In this document: piece after piece, positions 53,701-64,000 of the stretch | How the letters are laid out: each line of letters starts with the position of its first letter | Numbering within the stretch: the first letter of the stretch is position 1 | Origin: Anthoceros angustus | Lineage: Eukaryota > Plantae > Anthocerotophyta | Length of the DNA: 64,000 bases | Assembly (NCBI GenBank): GCA_010909165.1 | Contig: MU008159.1 | Location: 372,001-436,000 of the forward strand | Reading direction: 5' to 3' | Program-made: the position numbers and the translations under genes | The notes under the pieces: generated by a model | Databases searched by the model: none | What the model saw: only the letters and a program-made list of their open reading frames with translations | Told to the model about the DNA's origin: nothing

Positions 53701-56700
53701 CAAAGTTTTGCTCCTTGCTCGTGAGCATATGTTGGAACCGTGGCAATATCCATGACACCACATTGCACTGGATTAATTTTTCAAACACCGACTCTACCTC
53801 AAGTTGTGATGCTCCCGCATGCACTTGGTATCATAGTGCATGCACACATGCATCCATGCATTATCATGCTTTTGAAAACATACATAGTCACCGCCGCCTC
53901 GGCCTCGACAAGCATGTAGGACCATTTGCACCTATCTATTTAATTAGTCCTTGGTCCTCAACAAGCAAAACCATTTGTGTCTTTGTTCTCGAGGACTTTT
54001 GTACCTTTTTCCATTTATCTTATAGTCTCTCGGACTTTCGCCAAAACAAACAAACAAACAAAAAAACAAACAAACAAACAAAAAAAAAACCATTTGCCAT
54101 CTATTGAATTAGTCCTTGGTCCTTGAAAAGCGATACCATTTGCCATCTATTGAATTAGTCCTTGGTCCTTGAAAAGCAATACCATTTGCCATCTATTGAA
54201 TTAGTCCTTGGTCCTTGACAAGCAATGCCATTTGCAATCTATTTAATTAGTCTTGGGTCCTTGGTCCTTGACAAACAAGACCATTTACTATTTATGTAAT
54301 TCGTCCTTGGTCCTCGACAACCAAGACCAAATGATTTGAAAAGCTATTTTTAAATAAGTCCTTGGTCCTCGACATCCAAGACCATTTGCTTAATGTCAAA
54401 ATAACTATCTAGCTAGCTATATATGCATTATACAATACTTTAGGTAGCCATGCCATAACATTGTCTTGCTCGATTGTCTAGTGGAAGAGGTAGGACAGCG
54501 AGTTCTTGCGAGATAATTCTCCAAGGAGGACCACGGTCGCCACATCTAGTACCGAGACGAGGGTATACACCGAATACATTATGATGGATCCGGCGAGGAT
54601 GCGATGTGGAGGTGCGAAGGAGGCCAAGAGCTAGTGTTGGAGCGGTGGTGGAGGCGCGGTGGAGGCGCAAGTGCGGCAGTGGAGGCGCAAGTGCGGCAGT
54701 GGCGCACGTGGAGGAGCAACAGTGACGTCACAGGTGGATCCGGAGCTGGGATGGAGCTGGGCGCAGTATCAACCCCTGGTCATGCTTGCTCATGACCGCA
54801 GATGTTGTCTCTCAATAGGCACGCATGCGCGGACAATTTTCCCATCCGAGTTGACGAATTTGGCCATCCTGCGAGACACCCGAGATGCACCCTCAAATTA
54901 GCAATAGGAGTAGAGATCCACTGGGGCCCATACGTCGCACGAGTTCCACATTCAAATGGGCACGTTGGGGACTCCACCCCTAGGAGCCCGGGGCCGACGC
55001 TTGGGAGCGCAACCCCTTAGTAGCCCAACCCCTTGAGGCCGAACCCTTGGAACCTAAGCCCGACTCCGTGTTACATGTCTCACGAAGGCCGACCCCTATT
55101 GGCCCGCATGGAATAAGTAAAAAGCATACGCCCGAGTCTAAATCGGAGCTAGGTGTATGCGTGGATTGCCACACTCTTGTGTGTACTCTTTTGAGAGTAA
55201 TTAATTGAGCATCAAAGTGGTTAGTACATGGCCCGCTACTTGGAGGCCTAGTGTCGTGTTTTGTAATAATCTTGTTATTTATAAAATAAAGTTCCACTCC
55301 ATAACAAAACAACACAAAAAGTTCCTTCTATTTTATGAGATTCCTCAAGTTCCTTGGGTCCGAATGTATTGACGAGAACCTAAGCCGTGTGTTGCTTGCA
55401 ACGATGATATAGCCGTAAGTATCTACGCTTTGAGGAGATATCATGCTATAGTTAATGCTCTAACGAGCTGTTGTTGTGGGTACAATTAGCCCTTGTCGTC
55501 TTCTTTAACTCATCTTCCTAAGAAAGAGAAAACAATTACAGACTTTCTAAGCACGTGGTGCGCGAGGCACCAAGAAGAGGATCGGTAGCATTAAAATTTT
55601 AGTCTTGATGAAGGATAGGAGAAACTCTTTATGGAGGAAAGCAAGTAAGGATTCCATACTTTGAGACAAGTGTGAGGCAGCGGTCGGTTTAAAGATAGGA
55701 CAAAATGTAGAACCATTTCGATATATTACATTAGCTTGTTCGCAAACGGGTAATCAATTGAGGGAGAGAAGATGAAGGGATGTCGCGCCACGGTTGCATA
55801 GCTGTCATGGTACCTAAACTACCAACAAGCACATCAAAGTTGCCCATGAGCCAAAGTTACACTAAATCGCATGCCCCGCCACCTACTTACATTCATGGAA
55901 AATATCACGAATGGCAAAATCAATGGACTTGATGTTATTCACTCACCCACATGACGAGCTCACAAGATTTGAGATCCGTATGTCCGCACCTTGGAATCTC
56001 CGCTTTGAGCAACTCCTAATACAAACATCAACAATCCGGGATGCCCGATTGCCTCGTTCTTGTAGGCCGCTACACCGCCATACCATTAATGCACCGCCAC
56101 CTTGAGGAGATGCGCGGTGTCGCCGAGGCGCCGTCCTTGCGTTAATGGTTTTGTTCTTAGCTCTTGACTTTCTGCGACGCACCATTTCATGTACACCATG
56201 CATCATGCAACATGCGATCAACATACACTAGCATCTCTACGGTATTTATACTATCACTATATGGTCGCTATAAAACCACGATACCATAATTATACTATCA
56301 CTATATGGTCGCTATACGGTTGCTACATGACCATACGTACATACATCTTATTGTGTGTATCACATGCCTATGCATACATTCCACACACATGCATTCCTAA
56401 GTTCCTAAGGCACATTCTCCTGCTCGCTTGTGTGCTATGACAATCACACGCCCCATCATAGTATCATGGTACCTAAACTACCAATGTAAGCACATCAAAG
56501 TTGCATGAGCCAAAGTTACGCTAAACCGCATGCCCGGCCACCTACTTACATTCATGGAAAATATCAGCACGAATGGCCCCCGCTCAAAGTTGGGCTGTCT
56601 TGTCAAAACGGAGCACCACTTTGGGCACTCATGGGCAGCACAATCATGAAAGCCAATCACCGTTGCTTATCCAACGACAATAAAAGGTACCTAACACAGA

Positions 56701-59700
56701 TCTGCGGTTAGGGTTGAGCCGATTTTCATATGCATGGCTCTCCTCATCTTCGGATTGTGGCTCCTGTTTGACTTGTCCATGCAATGAATGTGCAGACCGA
56801 AAACTGGCTCCGTTATCATCACTACTCTCGGAGTCTGAAACTATATATCTCACGGACGTGCACCATAGGTTGAGAGGTAGTCAAGCGCATATGATCATGA
56901 CTTGCTCGCTAAAGAGTGGCAAAGCTGCATGGCTTTGTCACCCATCCCAAGTTGCTCATGACCGCAGATGTTGTCTCAATAGGTACGGGCTGGCGCAGGA
57001 CAATTTTCCCATCCAGGAGTTGACAGAATTTGGCCATCCTGCAGAGACGCCCCAGATGCACCCTCAAATTAGCAATAGGAGTAGAGATCCACTTTCTAGG
57101 GGGCCCATACGTCGCACGAGAGTTCCACATTCAAATGGGCACGTTCAGGGGGACTCCACCCCTAGGAGTCCGGGGCCGACGCTTGGGAGCGCAACCCTTA
57201 GTAGCCCAACCCCTTGGAGGCCGAACCCTTGGAGCCCGACCCCTTGGAACCTAAGCCCGACCGTGTTACATGTCTCACGAAGGCCGACTATTGGCCCGCC
57301 GCATGGAATAAGTAAAAAGCACCGAGTCTAAATCGGAGCTAGGTGTATGCGTGATTGCCACACTCTTGTGTGTACTCTTTTGAGAGTAATTAATTGAGCA
57401 TCAAAGTGGTTAGTACATGGCCCGCTACTTGGAGGCCTAGTGTCGTGTTTTGTAATAATCTTGTTATTTATAAAATAAAGTTCCACTCCATAACAAAACA
57501 ACACAAAAAGTTCCTTCTATTTTATGAGATTCCTCAAGTTCCTTGGGTCCGGAATGTATTGACGAGAACCTAAGCCGTGTGTTGCTTGCAACGATGATAT
57601 AGCCGTAAGTATCTACGCTTTGAGGAGATATCATGCTATAGTTAGTGGCTCTAACGAGCTGTTGTTGTGGGTACAATTAGCCCTTGTCGCCTTCTTTAAC
57701 TCATCTTCCTAAGAAAGAGAAAACAATTACAGACTTTCTAAGCACGGCATTTAGGCGCACCAAGAAGAGGATCGCATTAAAATTTTAGTCTTCAAAGGAT
57801 AGGAGAAACTCTTTATGGAGGAAAGCAAGTAAGGATTCCATACTTTGAGACAAGTGTGAGGCAGAATTCGGTTTAAAGATAGGACAAAATGTAGAACCAT
57901 TTCGATATATTACATTAGCTTGTTCGCAAACGGGTAATCAATTGAGGGAGAGAAGATGAAGGGATGTCGCGCCACGGTTGCATAGCTGTCATGGTACCTA
58001 AACTACCAACAAGCACATCAAAGTTGCCCATGAGCCAAAGTTACACTAAATCGCATGCCCCGCCACCTACTTACATTCATGGAAAATATCACGCGAATGG
58101 CAAAATCAATGGACTTGATGTTATTCACTCACCCACACCGATGGGCTCACAAGATTTCGAGATCCGTATGTCCGCACCTTGGAATCTCCGCTTTGAGTAA
58201 CTCCTAATACAAACATCAACAATCCGGGATGCCCGATTGCCTCGTTCTTGTAGGCCGCCACCGCCATACCATTAATGCACCGCCACCTTGAGGAGATGCG
58301 CGCGTGTCGCCGAGGCGCCGTCCTTGCGTTAATGGTTTTGTTCTTAGCTCTTGACTTTCTCTCGAAAGACGCACCATTTCATGTACACCATGCATCATGC
58401 AACATGCGATCAACATACACTAGCATCTCTACGGTATTTATACTATCACTATATGGTCGCTATAAACCACGATACCATAATTATACTACATGGTTGCTAC
58501 ATGACCATACGTACATCTTATTGTGTGTATCACATGCCTATGCATACATTCCACACACATGCATTCCTAAGTTCCTAAGGCACATTCTCCTGCTCGCTTG
58601 TGCTATGACAATCACACGCATAGATAGTCATATGGTACCTAAACTACCAAGCACATCAAAGTTGCATGAGCCAAAGTTACGCTAAACCGCATGCCCGGCC
58701 ACCTACTTACATTCATGGAAAATATCAGCACGAATGGCCCCCGCTCAAGTTCAGATTTGTCAAAACGGAGCACCACTTTGGGCACTCATGGGCAGACAAT
58801 CATGAAAGCCAATCACCGCTTGCTTATCCAACGACAATAAAAGGTACCTAACATGATCTGCGGTTAGGGTTGAGCCGATTTTCATATGCATGGCTCTCCT
58901 CATCTTCGGATTGTGGCTCTGCTTGACTTGTCCATGCAATGAATGTGCGATCAAAAACGCTCGTTATCATCACTACTCGAGTCTAAACTATATATCTCAC
59001 GGACGTGCACCATAGGTTGAGAGGTAGTCAGCGCATATGATCATGACTTGCTAAAGAGTGGCAAACCGCATGGCTTTGTCACCATCCCAAGTTGCCATGT
59101 CGCAGGTTGCGAGATCATAAGAATGGTGAGGCCACCAAACACATATACTGCTTTGGTAACATGAAAATGAGCAAGCCACATCCTCAAAGATTTCATGTCT
59201 CGAAATTCATCAGCCCCCATATCACTAAAGTGGACAGGGATAGTCATCAAACACCGGTGCATAAACATATGGTTTTATGTTTTGCAACACGCATCTTCGG
59301 ATTGTGGCTCTGTTTGACTTGTCCATGCAATGAATGACCAAAACCGGCTCCGTTATCATCACTACTCTGAGTCCGAAACTATATATCTCACGGACGTGCA
59401 CCATAGGTTGAGAGGTCAAGCGCATATGATCATGACTTGCTCGCTAAAGAGTGGCAAAGCTGCATGGCTTTGTCACCCATCCCAAGTTGCCATGTCGCAG
59501 GTTGCGAGATCATAAGAATGGTGAGGCCACCAAACACATATATGCTCGCTTTGGTAACATGAAAATGAGCAAGCCACATCCTCAAAGATTTCATGTCTCG
59601 AGGAAATTCATCAGCCCCCATATCACTAAAGTGGAGGGGATAGTCATCAAACACCGGTGCATAAACATATGGTTTTATGTTTTGCAACACGCATCTTCGA

Positions 59701-60724
59701 ATTCGCAATAGGATGTCTAGACCCATGGGAGAGTTTTATGCCCCGCCTTTGCAACTCAAACATATCCCGATGATTTGTGGGATAATACGCAACCGAGCAC
59801 TTCATGTGGCTCATGAGACTCTATATACAACAAGAATCGAGGGGTCTATTTTTGCTGGATATTTACGCGTCCTTTGATTACTTTTTCTTAATTGCCATAA
59901 TATATGCAGGATGTCAAGATGCACAAGAGGGCTTTTCCTCAACGAAAAATAAATGCTATAAAGAAAAGGTACCCCATTGCCGCATTTGGGCATACACTTG
60001 CAAAGTTTTGCTCCTTGCTCGTGAGCATATGTTGGAACCGTGGCAATATCCATGACACCACATTGCACGCTGGATTAATTTTTTCAAACACCGACTCTAC
60101 CTCAAGTTGTGATGCTCCGCATGCACTTGGTATCATAGTGCATGCACACATGCATCCATGCATTATCATGCTTTTGAAAACATACATAGTCACTGGCGGG
60201 TCCTCGGCCTCGACAAGCATGTAGGACCATTTGCACCTATCTATTTAATTAGTCCTTGGTCCTCAACAAGCAAAACCATTTGTGTCTTTGTTCTCGAGGA
60301 CTTTTGTACCTTTTCCATTTATCTTATAGTCTCTCGACTTTCGCCAAAAACAAACAAACAAACAAAACCATTTGCCATCTATTGAATTAGTCCTTGGTCC
60401 TTGAAAAGCGATACCATTTGCCATCTATTGAATTAGTCCTTGGTCCTTGAAAAGCAATACCATTTGCCATCTATTGAATTAGTCCTTGGTCCTTGAAAAG
60501 CAATACCATTTGCAATCTATTTAATTAGTCTTGGTCCTTGGTCCTTGACAAACAAGACCATTTACTATTTATGTAATTCGTCCTTGGTCCTCGACAACCA
60601 AGACCAAATGATTTGAAAAGCTATTTTTAAATAAGTCCTTGGTCCTCGACATCCAAGACCATTTGCTTAATGTCAAAATAACTATCTAGCTAGCTATACA
60701 TGCATTATACAATACTTTAGGTAG

Positions 60725-61353
60725 CCATGCCATGACATTGTCTTGCTCGATTGTCTAGTGGAAGAGGTAGGACAGCAAGTTCTTGCGAGATCATTCTCCA
60801 AGGAGGACCACGAAGCTGCCACCCACAGCAACGAGTACCGTAGAGACGAGGGTATACACCGGAATACATTATGATGGATCCGAAGCAGCAGCAGGATGCG
60901 TATGTGGAGGTGCACAAGGAGGCCGAAGAGCTAGTGTTGGAGCAGGCGCAGGTGGAGGCGCAGGTGGAGGCGCAAGTGCAGGCGCAGGTGGAGGCGCAAG
61001 CGCAGGCGAAGGCGCACGTGGAGGAGCAACAACAGCAGCAGGCAGCGTCACAGGTGGATCCGGCGGAGCCTGGGATGGAGCTGGAGCGCGAGTATCAACC
61101 CCTGGTCATGCTTGCTCATGACCCGCAGATGTTGTCTCTCAATAGGTACGGGCTGGCGCAGGACAATTTTCCCATCCAGGAGTTGACAGAATTTGGCCAT
61201 CCTGCAGAGACGCCCCAGATGCACCCTCAAATTAGCAATAGGAGTAGAGATCCACTGGGGCCCATACGTCGACGAGAGTTCCACATTCAAATGGGCACGT
61301 TGGGGACTCCACCCCTAGGAGCCCGGGCCGACGCTTGGGAGCGCAACCCTTAG
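60725..61353 (+). pseudogene. Exon-like ORF of the monomer (Gln/Glu-rich, AQVE repeats), cleanest copy
   Basis: 160-aa ORF at 60871-61353 (MMDPKQQQDAYVEVHKEAEELVLEQAQVEAQVEAQ...). Across copies it extends upstream as IVLLDCLVEEVGQRVLARSFSKEDH...RRGYTPEYI to an AG after an AT-rich tract. No family was recognised. Confidence 0.4.
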
Positions 61354-64000
61354 TAGCCCAACCCCTTGAGGCCGAACCCTTGGAGCCCGACCCCTTGGAA
61401 CCTAAGCCCGACTCAGGTTACATGTCTCACGAGGCCGACCCCTATTGGCCCGCCGCATGGAATAAGTAAAAAGCATACGCCCGAGTCTAAATCTGGAGCT
61501 AGGTGTATGCGTGGATTGCCACACTCTTGTGTGTACTCTTTTGAGAGTAATTAATTGAGCATCAAAGTGGTTAGTACATGGCCCGCTACTTGAGGCCTAG
61601 TGTCGTGTTTTGTAATAATCTTGTTATTTATAAAATAAAGTTCCACTCCATAACAAAACAACACAAAAAAGTTTCTTCTATTTTATGAGATTCCTCAAGT
61701 TCCTTGGGTCCGGAGTGTATTGACGAGAACCTAAGCCGTGTGTTGCTTGCAACGTATGATATAGCTGTAAGTATCTACGCTTTGAGGAGATATTATGCTA
61801 TAGTTAGCTGTGCTCTAACGAGCTGTTGTTGTGGGTACAATTAGCCCTTGTCGTCTTCTTTAACTCATCTTCCTAAGAAAGAGAAAACAATTACGGACTT
61901 TCGCCAAAAACAAAACAAAACAAAACAAAAAACCATTTGCCATCTATTGAATTAGTCCTTGGTCCTTGAAAAGCGATACCATTTGCCATCTATTGAATTA
62001 GTCCTTGGTCCTTGAAAAGCAATACCATTTGCCATCTATTGAATTAGTCCTTGGTCCTTGACAAGCAATGCCATTTGCAATCTATTTAATTAGTCTTGGG
62101 TCCTTGGTCCTTGACAAACAAGACCATTTACTATTTTATGTAATTAGTCCTTGGTCCTCGACAACCAAGACCAAATGATTTGAAAGCTATTTTTAAATAA
62201 GTCCTTGGTCCTCGACATCCAAGACCATTTGCTTAATGTCAAAATAACTATCTAGCTAGCTATATATGCATTATACAATACTTTAGGTAGCCATGCCATA
62301 ACATTGTCTTGCTCGATTGTCTAGTGGAAGAGGTAGGACAGCGAGTTCTTGCGAGATCATTCTCCAAGGAGGACCACAAGCGCCACCCACGATCTAGTAG
62401 AGAGACGAGGGTATACACCGGAATACATTATGATGGATCCGCGGAGCTGGGATGGAGCTGGAGCGCAGTGGAGGCGCAAGTGCGCGCAGTGGAGGCGCAG
62501 TGGAGGCGCAGTGGAGGCGCAAGTGCGCGCAGTGGAGGCGCAAGTGCGCGCAGTGAAGGCGCACGTGGAGGAGCAACAACAGCAGGGCCACAGTGGATCC
62601 GGAGCTGGGATGGAGCTGGAGCGCGAGTATCAACCCCTGGTCATGCTTGCTCATGACCCGCAGATGTTGTCTCTCAATAGGCAAGGCGCAGACAATTTTC
62701 CCATCCGAGTTGGCGATTTGGCCATCCTGCAGACACCCGAGATGCACCCTCAAATTAGCAATAGGAGTAGAGATCCACTGGGGCCCATACGCCGCACGAG
62801 AGTTCCACATTCAAATGGGCACGTTGGGGACTCCACCCCTAGGAGCCCGGCCGACGCTTGGGAGCGCAACCCTTAGTAGCCCAACCCCTTGGAGGCCGAA
62901 CCCTTGGAGCCCGACTTGGAACCTAAGCCCGACTGTTACATGTCTCACGAAGGCCGACCCCTATTGGCCCGCCGCATGGAATAAGTAAAAAGCATCGCCG
63001 AGTCTAAATCCGGAGCTAGGTGTATGCGTGGATTGCCACACTCTTGTGTGTACTCTTTTGAGAGTAATTAATTGAGCATCAAAGTGGTTAGTACATGGCC
63101 CGCTACTTGGAGGCCTAGTGTCGTGTTTTGTAATAATCTTGTTATTTATAAAATAAAGTTCCACTCCATAACAAAACAACACAAAAAGTTCCTTCTATTT
63201 TATGAGATTCCTCAAGTTCCTTGGGTCCGGAATGTATTGACGAGAACCTAAGCCGTGTGTTGCTTGCAACGTATGATATAGCTGTAAGTATCTACGCTTT
63301 GAGGAGATATCATGCTATAGTTAGTACTCTAACGAGTTGTTGTGGGTACAATTAGCCCTTGTCGTCTTCTTTAACTCATCTTCCTAAGAAAGAAAAACAA
63401 TTACAGACTTTCTAAGCACGTGGCATTTAGGCGAGACCAAGAAGAGGATCAACATTAAAATTTTAGTCTTCAAGGATAGGAGAAACTCTTTATGGAGGAA
63501 AGCAAGTAAGGATTCCATACTTTGAGACAAGTGTGAGGCAGAATTCGGTTTAAAGATAGGACAAAATGTAGAACCATTTCGATATATTACATTAGCTTGT
63601 TGCAAACGGTAATCAATTGAGGGAGAGAAGATGAAGGGATGTCGCTACGGTTGCATAGCTGTCATGGTACCTAAACTACCAACAAGCACATCAAAGTTGC
63701 CCATGAGCCAAAGTTACACTAAATCGCATGCCCCGCCACCTACTTACATTGATGGAAAATATCACCGAATGGCAAAATCAATGGACTTGATGTTATTCAC
63801 TCACCCACACGAGAGCTCACAAGATTTCGAGATCGTATGTCCGCACCTTGGAATCTCTGCTTTGAGTAACTCCTAATACAAACATCAACAATCCGGGGAT
63901 GCCCGGATTGCCTCTGGTTCTTGTAGGCCGCTACCGCCGCCATACCATTAATGCACCTTGCCACCTTGAGGAGATGCGCGCGGTGTCGTCGAGGCGCCGT

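Larger units (their letters stand above)
15544..64000 (+). repeat. ~3.75-kb macrosatellite array, right part (head-to-tail, with partial duplications and deletions)
   Basis: The landmark ATGATGGATCC occurs at ~20092, 24666, 29433, 33831, 36927, 42032, 47064, 50792, 54581, 60871 and 62430. Unrearranged spacings are 3728 and 3789 bp. Confidence 0.97.

Noticed and set aside
61345-61410. AACCCT-containing short repeats as telomeric sequence
   Set aside because: There are only 4-5 degenerate ~16-bp units per monomer, not (AAACCCT)n.
15544-64000. The many recurring 60-200 aa ORFs in the satellite (e.g. MLFCYGVELYF..., MPAFGHTLAKF...) as genes
   Set aside because: They recur only because the DNA is repeated. 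Many start at non-ATG codons, their frames differ between copies, and no domains are recognisable.

Overview
This is eukaryotic, probably plant-like, repetitive DNA with no ordinary host genes. About 51 kb is a head-to-tail macrosatellite with a ~3.75-kb monomer (roughly 12 full or rearranged copies). Each monomer carries a (CAAA)n tract, a 46-bp minisatellite, a ~90-bp internal direct repeat and an exon-like ORF with (AQVE)n repeats. One monomer is interrupted by a 12,641-bp cut-and-paste DNA transposon (2903-15543) with perfect 18-bp terminal inverted repeats (TIRs) and a 3-bp TGA target-site duplication (TSD), confirmed by empty sites in sister monomers. On the minus strand the element encodes a Sola-like DDD transposase and a small RING-like/transmembrane ORF. 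On the plus strand, divergently, it encodes a large intron-containing gene that appears to fuse a ParB/Srx-like domain, a prokaryote-type beta-class N4C/N6A DNA methyltransferase and a Cys-rich tail. This methyltransferase-carrying transposon is the most notable system in the window. Frameshifts are pervasive and cluster at CG/CWG sites, consistent with long-read consensus error over methylated DNA, so gene boundaries are approximate and intactness cannot be judged.
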